In this document: piece after piece, positions 31,750-42,608 of the stretch
Position numbering within the stretch: the first letter of the stretch is position 1
Layout: each line of letters starts with the position of its first letter
Assembly (NCBI GenBank): GCA_963807635.1
Contig: CAWEDJ010000011.1
Coordinates: 1-61,629 of the forward strand
DNA: 61,629 bases
Direction of reading: 5' to 3'
Source: an uncultured cyanobacterium
GTDB lineage: Bacteria; Cyanobacteriota; Cyanobacteriia; Cyanobacteriales; Microcystaceae
The notes under the pieces: model-generated
The model's input: the letters and a program-made list of their open reading frames with translations, nothing else
Told to the model about the DNA's origin: nothing
Database searches by the model: none
Made by a program: the position numbers and the translations under genes

Positions 31750-33402
31750 CTATTCCCAGATCTGGCAACTTAAGTCTCCTGCTTTTTGGGAAAATTTGAT
31801 ATTTTCAGCGTAATCCACAGGGCAATCAATCACGGTGGGAACGGGTTGTTCTAGAGCCAGTTTCAGGGTCGGAATTAAATCGTCCGCCGATTGGACTCGA
31901 TAGCCTTTCAAACCCATACTTTCCGCAAATTTAACAAAGTCAGGATTGCCAAATTTGATAAAAGACGATTCGCCGAATTGATTAATCTGTTTCCATTCAA
32001 TTAAGCCGTAGCCATTATCATTAAAAATCAGGGTAACAAAGGGCGTTCCCACTCTTAGGGCGGTTTCTAGTTCCTGGCAATTCATCATAAAGCCACCATC
32101 TCCCGTTACGGCCACTACCTTGCGATCGGGATAGACCAATTTTGCAGCCAATCCTCCTGGAATTGCAATGCCCATCGCGGCAAATCCATTGGAAATTAAA
32201 CAGGTATTCGGCGCATCACAGTGATAATGACGGGCCATCCACATTTTATGGGCCCCCACATCTGAAATAACAATATCCTCTGGCCCCATGACTTGGCGGA
32301 GATCATAAATAATTTTTTGGGGTTTGACAGGGAATCCCTGATCTAGGGCATAGTGTTCGTATTCTGCCCGAATTTCGGTTTTTAAACTAGCGGCATGGGG
32401 AGTGGGTTTTCCTTGACGATCTGACCGTTTTAAAATATCCAATAAAGAATCGGAAATATCACCGACCACTTCTACGAGGGGAATATAGCTACTATCAATT
32501 TCAGCCGAAGTCATCCCGATATGAATAATCGCCGTATTTCCATCAGGGTTCCATTTTTTGGGGGAATATTCAATCAAGTCATAACCAACGGCAATCACCA
32601 GATCGCTTTCTTCAAAGGCGCAGGTAATGACATCCCGTTGTTGGAGACCGATTGTCCAAAGTGCGAGGGGGTGGGTGTAGGGAATGGCTCCTTTGCCCAT
32701 GAAGGTGTTGGCGACGGGAATATTGAGGGAAGTCGCAAATTCCGTTAAGGCTTCACTAGCTCCTGCTCGAATGGCTCCATTCCCTGCCAGGATGAGGGGA
32801 TTTTTTGCCTTGGAAATGGCGATCGCGGCGGCATTGAGGGTTTTATAGGCCGCATAGACTTTTTCCTGGTTATCTTTGGAAAGGGGTTTGCCATCAACGG
32901 GCATGGCTGCGATATTTTCAGGCAGATCAATATGGGTCGCGCCAGGTTTTTCTGATTGGGCAACTTTAAAGGCTTTACGGATCACTTCTGGGGTGATGCT
33001 GGGTCGGACAATTTGTTTATTCCATTTGGTTACGGGCGCGAACATGGCCACTAAATCCAAATATTGATGGGATTCAATGTGCATACGATCTGTTCCAACT
33101 TGACCCGTAATTGCGACCAAAGGCGCACCGTCAAGATTAGCATCGGCGACTCCTGTCATTAAATTCGTTGCACCAGGCCCCAGGGTGGAAAGACAAACCC
33201 CTGCTTTTCCCGTTAATCGGCCATAGACATCGGCCATAAAAGCCGCACCCTGTTCATGGCGAGTGGTGATAAAGCGAATGGATGAATTTTTGAGAGCTTC
33301 GAGAATATGGAGGTTTTCTTCGCCAGGAAGCCCAAAAATGTACTCTACTCCCTCATTTTCTAAACATTGAACCAGCAAGTCTGCGGTATTTAACTGACCC
33401 AT
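31750..33402 (-). CDS. ogdA: ThDP enzyme of the acetolactate-synthase family, likely 2-oxoglutarate decarboxylase
   Basis: FGLPGEENL, RHEQGAAFMAD, SNGFAAMG, GDGGFMMN; GEEN subfamily resembles Sll1981/OgdA. Confidence 0.75.
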   Translation of the reverse strand: MGQLNTADLLVQCLENEGVEYIFGLPGEENLHILEALKNSSIRFITTRHEQGAAFMADVYGRLTGKAGVCLSTLGPGATNLMTGVADANLDGAPLVAITGQVGTDRMHIESHQYLDLVAMFAPVTKWNKQIVRPSITPEVIRKAFKVAQSEKPGATHIDLPENIAAMPVDGKPLSKDNQEKVYAAYKTLNAAAIAISKAKNPLILAGNGAIRAGASEALTEFATSLNIPVANTFMGKGAIPYTHPLALWTIGLQQRDVITCAFEESDLVIAVGYDLIEYSPKKWNPDGNTAIIHIGMTSAEIDSSYIPLVEVVGDISDSLLDILKRSDRQGKPTPHAASLKTEIRAEYEHYALDQGFPVKPQKIIYDLRQVMGPEDIVISDVGAHKMWMARHYHCDAPNTCLISNGFAAMGIAIPGGLAAKLVYPDRKVVAVTGDGGFMMNCQELETALRVGTPFVTLIFNDNGYGLIEWKQINQFGESSFIKFGNPDFVKFAESMGLKGYRVQSADDLIPTLKLALEQPVPTVIDCPVDYAENIKFSQKAGDLSCQIWE

Positions 33403-33642
33403 AACCTTTAGATTGAACCCTCGAATGTATAAAACTAAGCTAAAAGGGATGACCCCTCCTCTCGCTAAAATGATTCCCTCAAAAAAAGGAGCGATCGCGT
33501 AATCCCTCTTTCTAGCCTAGCGAATTCAGCCACTTTTTGCCGCTTAATTTAGGAAAACAATTTCTTCGCTCAGTAGAGTTGAGGTGAAGATATTGTTATA
33601 TTGGTTGCGTAAACGGTGATCGCCTTTCCTCTATTTTTACGA

Positions 33643-34632
33643 TCAGTGATGACCATTGAAAACGTGGCATAACTCTAAAACTTTCGTTTGCAAGCAAGAT
33701 AGGGGTTCGGAGCCGCGTTTAAGTTGAAACTCCAAAGTCAAAAGCAGATGCAAACAGGCTAGTAATTGCTTTCCCGTAATAGATTGCAATTCCTTCCGCA
33801 AAAAATAGAGTCGTTTAGGATTGGCTAAATCTGCCGCCGAGGCGATCGCTTTTTCATCTTTTTCACCCGCTTCTAGACAAACCTTAATCGCTGTCCAAGT
33901 GCGAAATTGACCGACTAGGGTTGCCACAATTTTGAGGGCAGGTTCATTGCGGACTAATAATTCTGCCACTAAACGTAAGGCTTTTTCCCCATTGCCCTGA
34001 CGAATTGCTTCAGCCAATTGCAGACTATTTTGGGTGCTGGCATTCACTAACAAATTAATAGTTTCCGTATCTAAGACTTGGGGATTGCCTTCAGTATAAA
34101 GTTTTAATTTTTTTAATTCATTCCAAATTTGTCGCGTATTATTTCCCAAGGATTCTGCTAGTAATTGCTGGGCATTGGGAGTTAATTTGAGGGAAAGATC
34201 CTGAGCAATTTGTTGAACTTGGATGACTAATTCTTCCGTTTTCCAAGGTGAAATGAGGGCAAATTCTTTAACTTGGGCAATGCTTTGTAATAGCTTTGTT
34301 GATTTGAGGCGACCATCTAGTTTTTTACTAGAGGTAAATAATAAATGACTATTGGTGGGTATGGCAGAACCGATTTCTTTTAATTTCGCCAATAACGGTT
34401 CGGGACATTGTTGACCCAAAGTTGATTCGACTACCCAAACCACGCGATCGCCAAAACCAAAGGGCGGTGTCATGGCTTGATTTAGGGCTTGTTGAGTCGC
34501 ATCGGATTGATCCCCTGAAATCTTTTCAAAATTAAAGGAAACCCAGGCGGGATCTAAAACGCGATCGCGTAGATGATTAACTGCTTGATTGAGGGTAAAG
34601 TCATCTTCTCCCCAATAAAAATAAATTGGCAT
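33643..34632 (-). CDS. holA: DNA polymerase III delta subunit
   Basis: MPIYFYWGEDDF, AMTPPFG, NELKKL, EPALKIVATL. Confidence 0.9.
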   Translation of the reverse strand: MPIYFYWGEDDFTLNQAVNHLRDRVLDPAWVSFNFEKISGDQSDATQQALNQAMTPPFGFGDRVVWVVESTLGQQCPEPLLAKLKEIGSAIPTNSHLLFTSSKKLDGRLKSTKLLQSIAQVKEFALISPWKTEELVIQVQQIAQDLSLKLTPNAQQLLAESLGNNTRQIWNELKKLKLYTEGNPQVLDTETINLLVNASTQNSLQLAEAIRQGNGEKALRLVAELLVRNEPALKIVATLVGQFRTWTAIKVCLEAGEKDEKAIASAADLANPKRLYFLRKELQSITGKQLLACLHLLLTLEFQLKRGSEPLSCLQTKVLELCHVFNGHH

Positions 34633-34669
34633 AGTCCATCAACATTTAATAGAATTTTTGACCCAAAAG

Positions 34670-35244
34670 TTACCAAATAGGGGTTAAATCTAAAATAAAA
34701 TCTACTAAAATCGATTCCCCTGATAAAGACATCGGTGATGCCAACATTTCTACGGCTTGCTGGGGTCGATAGATCTGTACTTGACGACTTTTTGGAATAA
34801 TTAACCATCCTAAACCTAACCCATTATCTAAATATTCCTGCATCTTTGCTTCAAGTTCTTTAAGATCATCGGATTCAGATACCAATTCTACAACAAAATC
34901 AGGACAAATTGGTAAAAATTTACGGCGTTGGGTAGGAGTTAAAGCATTCCATTTTTCGAGGGTAATCCAACTCAAATCAGGCGATCGCTTGGCTCCATTG
35001 GGTAACTGAAAACCCGTTGAAGAATCAAAGGCTTTCCCTAACCCTTTTTGTCGATTCCATAACCAAAATTGGCCACCTAATTCAAAGTTACGATTACCTG
35101 TCTCACCGCCCGTTGGTGACATAATTAATAATTCTCCTGTTGCAGTCAATTCAAATTTACTATCTCGATTGGCAAGATCAGGTCTTCAAATTGATCATCA
35201 CTTAATTTGAGATTTTTAGGAAGATTGATCGCAATAGTTTCCAT
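34670..35244 (-). CDS. Uma2-family endonuclease; frameshift ~35175
   Basis: GELLIMSPTGGETG, FDSSTGF.LPNGA.RSPD, CPDFVVEL, KMQEY. Confidence 0.85.
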
Positions 35245-35263
35245 GATTAACTTTCCTTTGATT

Positions 35264-35286
35264 GGGCGTAAGCCTTACACCCCTAC
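35264..35286 (-). repeat. GTAG-type REP-like hairpin
   Basis: GGGCGTAAGCCTTACACCCCTAC; near-identical to the copy at 38709. Confidence 0.6.
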
Positions 35287-35363
35287 GGGATTTTCTTGAA
35301 AATATCTACAATGTTTTTAGTTTAAATTTAGTTTTATTTTGATTAAGTCAAAAGTTTAAAATC

Positions 35364-35399
35364 AAACAGAGTCAAGTAATCCAATGCTTAACTCTGTTT
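35364..35399 (-). terminator. Hairpin downstream of the DUF1517 gene
   Basis: AAACAGAGT...ACTCTGTTT inverted repeat. Confidence 0.5.
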
Positions 35400-35420
35400 A
35401 ATATTGATATTGGTTTAACC

Positions 35421-36374
35421 TTACATCAACTTGAGATTGGGATAGGCCGCTAAAATATCATCTGTGGTGAGGGTATCTCCTTCCGCTTGGGGTGTCCACA
35501 GCACTTCAATAGCTAATAGGCGATCGCTACCGATCGCACCGACTTGTTGTAATACCTGACGCATTTCAACGGAATCATTGACGGCGGATAATTCAGAGCG
35601 ACCGAGAGACGCAATCACTAGGGTAACTAGAATATAATCCCCTGAAGAGCTTAGGGTATTCGCTAATTCCCCAGCTTTACCCGTAATTAAGTCCGTAGAA
35701 GCGGCCTGACGAAGTTGGTTATTAACATTACTGAGGGTTTCTGAGGTAAATTTACTGCGTTCGCCGAGAGTTAATTGATTGAATTTAGCTTCTGCCAGTG
35801 AAAGAGGCGCGACTTGGGATTCCGTTGAACCATAGACCCAGTATTCAGGATGGCGTAAGAGAGATAGGGTCACTTCCTGTAGGAGCATGGCACGACCTTC
35901 GGGGGTTCCCGTATCGGCGGATAGTCCTAATTCATTCAATTCTCGTTGCAATTCACGGGCTGTTGCCAGTAACCCGACTTGAATTTTACCCACGCTCACA
36001 GGAGGGTTATCGGATTCGAGTTCCCCTTGACCGCCGCCACCGCCAGCATTTCGGACAGCACTCATCACAAAATTGGCGATCGCGAACACAATCAAAATAC
36101 TAAAAAGACTACCAAATCCGCCCCCAAACCCTAAAAAGGGAATAATAAAGGGAAATCCCATGCCGCCACCCATTCCACCGCTAAGACCACCCCCTGAACG
36201 ACTAGGCGCACTTAAACCCCGACTAGGAGCGCGAAACGATCCGCCTCCCATGCGTCCACCACTCCGAGCGGCTAAGGCATCATGAATATTGCTCAATAGC
36301 AAAATTCCAATCAATCCTGTAAGGAGAACAGGCTTTAAAAGAAATTGAATTTTGGGTAAAAAGTGTTTCAACAT
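35421..36374 (-). CDS. DUF1517 (FLAP1/FlpA-like) protein
   Basis: SGGRMGGGSF, LLRHPEYW, ERSKF.SETLSN, EVLWTPQ.EGDTL. Confidence 0.88.
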   Translation of the reverse strand: MLKHFLPKIQFLLKPVLLTGLIGILLLSNIHDALAARSGGRMGGGSFRAPSRGLSAPSRSGGGLSGGMGGGMGFPFIIPFLGFGGGFGSLFSILIVFAIANFVMSAVRNAGGGGGQGELESDNPPVSVGKIQVGLLATARELQRELNELGLSADTGTPEGRAMLLQEVTLSLLRHPEYWVYGSTESQVAPLSLAEAKFNQLTLGERSKFTSETLSNVNNQLRQAASTDLITGKAGELANTLSSSGDYILVTLVIASLGRSELSAVNDSVEMRQVLQQVGAIGSDRLLAIEVLWTPQAEGDTLTTDDILAAYPNLKLM

Positions 36375-36890
36375 AAAAATTCTACTCTAGAAGTCTTTAT
36401 TTCTTAATTTAACGAGTTTGCGGTCAATGATCAGATTTAACCCAAGATTCTTCTCTGATGACTAGATCAATAGAATCTTGAGAAAATCTTGCTAGTCTCA
36501 GCCTAACGCATCTCTTGTTTCAACTGTTAGGCAGGGTTTCACGACTTTTTCCTATTAACCGTTGCCCATAGGAGTGACAATTTGTCGGCGATCGCATTTT
36601 TTATTAGAACTGAAGATGTTATGAATCGAGACAAACCTCTCTGAAGCATCGCTAGAGAAACCTACTATACCGTTATCCCTTGTCATCCTTAGAGGATTAA
36701 TTGCTATCCTTGGATGTAATGGGGCGTTAACCACAAGAGGAGCCGCCCAGGGAATCAGCAAATCAATCAGGATCGCAGTAATGACTGGTCTATTGACGAT
36801 TTTTCCTGTTCAGTTGTTTTGAGGGATAAATTATTGCTTAAATTGTTCTAAAAATTCCCCTTAATGTCGTACTTATTCAACTTTAAAATT

Positions 36891-37478
36891 ATGAGTCAAC
36901 CTAAAACGTCATTTTCCCAGGAAATCAAAAAACAAATCACTATTTTAGGTAGTTTTGTCGCAATTTTTTGGATTCTAGAAATCCTAGATCAGTTTGTTGT
37001 TCACCATACGTTAGATAGCTACGGTATTCGTCCCCACTCCTTGATTGGACTTAGGGGAATTTTATTTGCTCCTTTTTTGCACGGTGGTTTTGGTCATTTA
37101 ATTGCAAATACCATTCCTTTTTTAATTTTAGGCTGGTTAGTTATGATTCAGGAAACCAGTGATTTCTGGATTGTCACCATAATCACAATGATCGTTGGTG
37201 GTATCGGAACTTGGATGTTGGGTGCGCCCAATAGTGTTCATATTGGTGCAAGTAGTCTGATTTTTGGCTATTTAGGTTTTTTATTATTGCGGGGATATTT
37301 TCAGCGAAATATTGCTTCTATTTTACTTTCTTTAGTCGTCGGTTTTCTCTACGGTGGCTTGATTTGGGGAGTATTGCCAACGCAACCAGGGGTTTCTTGG
37401 CAGGGACATTTATTTGGCTTTTTGGGTGGGGTTTTATCAGCAAAATTAATTGCGAAAGAAAAACATTTTTATTCATGA
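36891..37478 (+). CDS. Rhomboid-family intramembrane protease
   Basis: PFLHG.FGHL..N, HIGAS, SWQGHLFG. Confidence 0.9.
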   Translation: MSQPKTSFSQEIKKQITILGSFVAIFWILEILDQFVVHHTLDSYGIRPHSLIGLRGILFAPFLHGGFGHLIANTIPFLILGWLVMIQETSDFWIVTIITMIVGGIGTWMLGAPNSVHIGASSLIFGYLGFLLLRGYFQRNIASILLSLVVGFLYGGLIWGVLPTQPGVSWQGHLFGFLGGVLSAKLIAKEKHFYS

Positions 37479-38395
37479 ATTATGTTCAATATCTCCGCGA
37501 TCGCGTTCTGCCCTTAAAAGTTGTCCAACTGTTTATTCAGACTGCGATCAAATGGCAAAAAGATGAATGCTTAGAAATGGGGGCAGCCTTAGCTTATTAT
37601 GCCCTATTTTCTTTGTTTCCAATTTGTTTAGTCGTTTTAAGTATATTGGGCTTTTTATTAGGGCCAAATACGAATATTTATGCCCAATTATTAACCGTTG
37701 CTAAAAATATATTGCCTACCGAACCGTACAATATAGTGAAAGAAACCTTGCTAAACTTAAATCAAAGCAGTTTCGGAGCGGGCTTAGTCGGTTTTTTCTT
37801 ATTATTTTTAACAGCGAGTAAAATTTTTGAAGCACTCAATCGCTCTGTCGATAAAATTTGGGGAATCCATAGCAACATCGAAACCAAAAAGAAACTTAAA
37901 TATAAGGCTTTGGATTTTTTAAAAGATAAAATACTAGCATTTTTTCTGGTTTTAGGGACAGTTTTAGTATTGTTAATCTCAATGCTTTCCAATGTTGCTA
38001 TTAAAGTTATTCTTGAAGTCGTAAATCAATTTAAAAATCTTGTTATAGGGATTGAAATTGATGATTTATTACTGATTAAAAGTCTCCAATTAGGAATTTC
38101 TTTTTTGTTGATTTTATCCGTCATTATGGGACTGTTTAAAATACTTCCTTCTCGTCGAGTTTATTGGCAAGATATTAGTGTAGGAGCTTTTTTGACGGTT
38201 AGTTTGTTGATGTTGTTGCAAAGCTTAGTGAGTAATGGATTTATTCAAATTGGAGAGCAATTTCGTGCCTACGGGGTGATTGGCAATGTTATGGTTTTGT
38301 TGTTATGGATTTATTTAGTGTTTCAAATCTTTTTTCTGGGGTGTGAATTTAGTGTCGTCTATAGTCAACTTTTGGGTAGCGATCGCAAAAAATAG
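37475..38395 (+). CDS. YihY / BrkB family membrane protein
   Basis: GAALAYYALFSLFP, YGVIG...VLLLWIY...IFFLGCE. Confidence 0.9.
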   Translation: MNYVQYLRDRVLPLKVVQLFIQTAIKWQKDECLEMGAALAYYALFSLFPICLVVLSILGFLLGPNTNIYAQLLTVAKNILPTEPYNIVKETLLNLNQSSFGAGLVGFFLLFLTASKIFEALNRSVDKIWGIHSNIETKKKLKYKALDFLKDKILAFFLVLGTVLVLLISMLSNVAIKVILEVVNQFKNLVIGIEIDDLLLIKSLQLGISFLLILSVIMGLFKILPSRRVYWQDISVGAFLTVSLLMLLQSLVSNGFIQIGEQFRAYGVIGNVMVLLLWIYLVFQIFFLGCEFSVVYSQLLGSDRKK

Positions 38396-38527
38396 GTTAT
38401 AAAGTTCCAATCCCGAATCCGATGTTGGCTCTTTCGACAGAAGCCGCCCAATCGTTATGAGGTAAAACATTTAAGCGATCGCCTTTATTCAGATAATCTT
38501 AAGTTTATCAACGTTGACTATCCCTAA

Positions 38528-38677
38528 TATAGCCAGCCTAAATGGGATGTGAACAGGCAAAAGATAAAATCTTTTAATTTCCCAACGCTCAATTAGCTTC
38601 TCTTCATGACTTCCGTTAGAAATAAGGAATAAGTAAAAAGAGCTTGAAGTTTTCACGATTCATTGAGGTTCGCTATA
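38528..38677. mobile_element. Non-autonomous MITE with TATAGC termini
   Basis: TATAGCCAGCCTAAATGGGATGTGAA versus reverse complement of right end TATAGCGAACCTCAATGAATCGTGAA (19/26 identical). Confidence 0.65.
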
Positions 38678-38708
38678 CATAGTGTTAGTTGTTAACATTG
38701 TTACTTTT

Positions 38709-38778
38709 GGGCGCAAGCCTTGCGCCCCTACAAAAACCTTAAAAATAGTACTTAGGGGCGAATTGCGTTCGCCCTCTA
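38709..38778. repeat. Pair of REP-like hairpins
   Basis: GGGCGCAAGCCTTGCGCCCCTAC (38709-38731) and TAGGGGCGAATTGCGTTCGCCCTCTA (38753-38778). Confidence 0.65.
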
Positions 38779-38827
38779 ACAGATAGATTTAACGTAGTAA
38801 TTGAAATTCTTAGAGAGTCTTAAGATT

Positions 38828-40633
38828 TCATTTTTTTGCGGTTTCAATCCATTCTTTTAAAGTATTAACTACCTCATCAAGATTAATCATTTGAGCTTCT
38901 TTAGTTGCTCTTGTAACCAGTTCAACCTTGCCTTCCTTTAAAGATTTTCCTGTCACAATGCGATAGGGAATGCCGATTAAATCCGCGTCTTTAAATTTAA
39001 CGCCTGCCCGTTCATTGCGGTCATCTAAAAGAGCCTCAATACCAGCATTATTGAAGTCTTGATAAAGTTTTTCAGCCGCTTTAACCTGTTCTTCGTCACT
39101 AATATTAGGAATCACAATAATGACTTCGTAGGGCGCGATCGCAACGGGCCAAATAATGCCATCTTTATCGTAGCTCTGCTCTACGGCGGATTGGGCTAAA
39201 CGAGAAACCCCGACTCCATAACAGCCCATTACTAGCGGTTTTTCTTTGCCCTGTTCATCGGTGAAAGTGGCCCCCATTGCCTGGGAATATTTCGTGCCGA
39301 GTTGGAAAATATGACCGGCTTCAATGCCTCTGGCTGTTTGTAAAGTCTGGCTGGGATCATGGACAGCGCGATCTCCAATTTTGGCTTTGCGAATATCAAC
39401 CACTAATTTAGGCGCAGGAAATTCTTTACCCCAATTTGCTCCCACAAAATGATAATTAACTTCATTGGCTCCTGTAATAAAGTTAGTGATTTCAGAAGCA
39501 GTTTTATCAATTAATCTTACAAATTTAGAATTAATATTATTACCTTTAGAAATATAATCATCTTCTAAATCAGGTGCTATATAACCTAAAGGCAACGGTT
39601 TAGCCGCCCACTGTTTTTGAGCTAATTCATCGGGAACTTTGAGAGAAAGTAAAGTTTTAGCTTGATAATCAGTCGCAATTTTGACTAATTCATTATTTAA
39701 TTTAACTTCATTGACTTCTTGATCTCCACGAATACTAACCAACACTAAAACCGTTTTGCTATTGTCATAAACTGCTTCATAGAGTACGTTTTTAACAATA
39801 TTAGTCGGTGAACATTGTAAAAATTTAGCTAAACTCTCGATGGTATTGCAATTCGGAGTTTCACGTTTTTCGTAACTGTTAAAAGGAGACGCGATCGCAT
39901 CGGGAGGCAAGGAAACCGCTTTTTCCACATTAGCCGCGTATTTACTATCTTCTGTATAGAGAACTTCATCTTCCCCCGCATCGGCCAAAACCATAAATTC
40001 CTGGGAACCTGATCCCCCGATCGCACCCGAATCTGCTTCAACGGCTCGAAACGCTAATCCACAACGGCGCAACATATTCCGATAAGCCTGATCCATCGCT
40101 CGATAAGTTTGCTTAAGACTTTCCTCATCGGCATGAAAAGAATAGGCATCCTTCATAATGAATTCCCGACCGCGCATTAAACCAAAACGGGGGCGAATCT
40201 CATCCCGAAATTTCGTTTGAATTTGGTATAAATTGACGGGTAATTGCCGATAGGAGCGAATCATTTCCTTCGCGATCGTGGTAATCACTTCTTCATGGGT
40301 GGGGCCAAGTCCCAGTTCCCTGTCTTGGCGATCGGTTAGGGCAAACATGATCCCCTCCGCTTTGGTGTAGGTATCCCAACGCCCCGATTCTTTCCAGAGT
40401 TCCGACGGTTGCAATTGGGGAAGTAAACATTCCTGCGCTCCCGTTGCGTTCATTTCTTCGCGGACAATTTGGGAAACTTTCTGCAAAACCCGCCACATTA
40501 GCGGTAAATAGCTATAAATACCACTCCCAATCCGACGAATAAAGCCCGCCCGCACTAATAATTTATGACTGGGGATTTCCGCATCGGCGGGATCGTCTCG
40601 TAGGGTGACGAAGAGCATTTGAGAGAGTCGCAT
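38828..40633 (-). CDS. proS: Proline--tRNA ligase
   Basis: [47 protein letters not shown]. Confidence 0.97.
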   Translation of the reverse strand: MRLSQMLFVTLRDDPADAEIPSHKLLVRAGFIRRIGSGIYSYLPLMWRVLQKVSQIVREEMNATGAQECLLPQLQPSELWKESGRWDTYTKAEGIMFALTDRQDRELGLGPTHEEVITTIAKEMIRSYRQLPVNLYQIQTKFRDEIRPRFGLMRGREFIMKDAYSFHADEESLKQTYRAMDQAYRNMLRRCGLAFRAVEADSGAIGGSGSQEFMVLADAGEDEVLYTEDSKYAANVEKAVSLPPDAIASPFNSYEKRETPNCNTIESLAKFLQCSPTNIVKNVLYEAVYDNSKTVLVLVSIRGDQEVNEVKLNNELVKIATDYQAKTLLSLKVPDELAQKQWAAKPLPLGYIAPDLEDDYISKGNNINSKFVRLIDKTASEITNFITGANEVNYHFVGANWGKEFPAPKLVVDIRKAKIGDRAVHDPSQTLQTARGIEAGHIFQLGTKYSQAMGATFTDEQGKEKPLVMGCYGVGVSRLAQSAVEQSYDKDGIIWPVAIAPYEVIIVIPNISDEEQVKAAEKLYQDFNNAGIEALLDDRNERAGVKFKDADLIGIPYRIVTGKSLKEGKVELVTRATKEAQMINLDEVVNTLKEWIETAKK

Positions 40634-40862
40634 AGCCTATTTTCCTTGCATTTATTGACTTTTTATTATCGCACTTTCAGGGAATGGTGTAGAAGATAGT
40701 TGATTTTTTTCAAACGGAAGCACTGCTTATAACAAGACAATGTTTAGGATTGCGAATGATATCTTGACATTAAATATCAAGTTTTGGATTATTGAAAAAT
40801 TACTGCAATGAAACAATGGAGATCAAGAAAGTAGCCTATTCTCATTACTGTAGCTCCTCTTT

Positions 40863-41630
40863 TTATGATGTTAATAATCCTAAAAACTCATCAGGGCGCG
40901 ACCAATAGGTGACAGTTGATAATTTATTTAGCATATTGAAGTTATTTTTATTCCAGACATCTAATCTATCATCAACCAAGCAGATAAAACGATAACCAAA
41001 TAAATCTTGATTTTCGGACACATCTAACAAGGAAGCCGCAACAACATCCATTCTACGATTAGCTGATAGGCGATTTTGAACACTTAAAATATAAATAAGA
41101 CTATTTTGCTTAGCATCAATAGTCAGAAAATCTATTAAACGTTTTCTACCAGATTGGCCAATTATAGGAAATCGTTGATTATAGGCAATTTTGTTCGTTT
41201 TTAAAAAATATGCAACCTCATCTTTCATTGATTCCAGACAATCACTACGTTCTAAAAGCCATAAATCCGCAACTCTTATACAAGCTTGCGCCAGTTGAGA
41301 AATGTCATCCATTAACCTCTGAGAACTTGATCGAATTGTTAGCATTCCTCTATACATTTCTGTTCCATGTGTTTGACAAATATTTTCAATTAAAAGATTC
41401 TGTTTTTCACTTCTTTTTTGTGATATTGATTGCATTCTCAACCATTGAGTGGTCTCCCCTAGATCTGTGAGGATAATTTCACCTGATTCCTGTACTTTAT
41501 AAAACAGATCGATAATATCTCTATCAGGATACATAAAAGGCGTTTCGATGCGTACATAACCATGAGCGGCTACTGTACAAGTGAATAAGCTACCAATATT
41601 TTTTGTGATGTCTTGATATATATTTTTCAT
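40863..41630 (-). CDS. DUF1828/DUF1829-like protein
   Basis: RIETPFMYPDRDIIDLF...LTDLGET N-domain; G.SG....IDF restriction-fold-like C-domain. Confidence 0.7.
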   Translation of the reverse strand: MKNIYQDITKNIGSLFTCTVAAHGYVRIETPFMYPDRDIIDLFYKVQESGEIILTDLGETTQWLRMQSISQKRSEKQNLLIENICQTHGTEMYRGMLTIRSSSQRLMDDISQLAQACIRVADLWLLERSDCLESMKDEVAYFLKTNKIAYNQRFPIIGQSGRKRLIDFLTIDAKQNSLIYILSVQNRLSANRRMDVVAASLLDVSENQDLFGYRFICLVDDRLDVWNKNNFNMLNKLSTVTYWSRPDEFLGLLTS

Positions 41631-42085
41631 ACAAGAAATGGATCTCCTTTTCCTAAAGGAGGATTTTGCATAACTCCATTATGACGAATAGACGCTTCTT
41701 TGCAAAATTGTCCCCATACTTCTATAGGATTTGTAACTGGGGCAGTAATGTCTAGGGGGCGATAGGCCCATTTATCTTGATATTCTGCTGTCCAACGATG
41801 CTTATGTATTCTGCCAACGCGGGTACGATCTGGATTTGGATGTTCTTTCCCCATATCTAAACCATAGATTCTGCCAGCTTTAAGATGAATAATTGCGTAA
41901 GTTAGCGCAAGTTTTAGCGGATTATAAAATCCTTGAACAAAAACAGGATAATTTTGTGTTGATTGTAATCTAACTCGAAATTCGACTGAAGGTGAATGAT
42001 CTTCGTCTTCCTGCCATTCAATATCTCCATCGATTATCTTGTTTGAATCCTCAATAAAATCCTTAAATTCGCTATCAGTTAGCAT
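41627..42085 (-). CDS. DUF6978-like protein
   Basis: IYGLD...HPNPD....G.IHKHRW...DKWAY...FCKEA.I; ATGA overlap with the downstream gene. Confidence 0.6.
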   Translation of the reverse strand: MLTDSEFKDFIEDSNKIIDGDIEWQEDEDHSPSVEFRVRLQSTQNYPVFVQGFYNPLKLALTYAIIHLKAGRIYGLDMGKEHPNPDRTRVGRIHKHRWTAEYQDKWAYRPLDITAPVTNPIEVWGQFCKEASIRHNGVMQNPPLGKGDPFLV

Positions 42086-42329
42086 ATTAATGGCTAAAAT
42101 TTCAGTTTAGCCAAGTATAGGTCAAAAGAAGAAATACTAGAAGCCAATCACCTCTGTCTAGCGATCGCGGATGGGCAGAGTATGGCGATCGCGGCTCTGA
42201 ATTTTTTCCAGATTACTATTCCTTTATTTATTTCAAGACTGAGTATTTCCCTGATTTATGACCATTTCAAGGGTTCGGGTATGATAAAATAGCTTGGTTT
42301 TCAACCCTTTTGTGATCTAAACATTGATT

Positions 42330-42602
42330 ATGCCAAAATATGTTTTGTGGGGAAGTTATTGCGAAGATGTCGTTGAAAAACGCGCCCCCTATCGCCAAGC
42401 CCACCTAGACGGATTAGCCATTCAAAAAGCTAAAGGAATTTTATTGACCATCGGCCCGACCCAGGATTTAACCCAAGTATTTGGCATCTATGAAGCTGAT
42501 GATGAAAATACCGTCCGCCAATTGATCGAAACTGATCCCTATTGGCAAAACGGTATCTGGACAGACTATGAAGTAAAAGAATGGATTCAAGCGATCGCCT
42601 AA
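42330..42602 (+). CDS. YciI family protein
   Basis: R.PYRQAHL, IGPT, DPYW.NG. Confidence 0.88.
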   Translation: MPKYVLWGSYCEDVVEKRAPYRQAHLDGLAIQKAKGILLTIGPTQDLTQVFGIYEADDENTVRQLIETDPYWQNGIWTDYEVKEWIQAIA

Positions 42603-42608
42603 AAGCTA

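Noticed and set aside
29290..35244. Two Uma2 nucleases as a defence system
   Set aside because: Uma2 paralogues are highly expanded and scattered in cyanobacteria; no operon context here
36480..36830. Small ORF (36555-36761), ncRNA or WD40-like remnant in the DUF1517-rhomboid gap
   Set aside because: Only a vague resemblance, stops in the relevant frames, and no convincing structure
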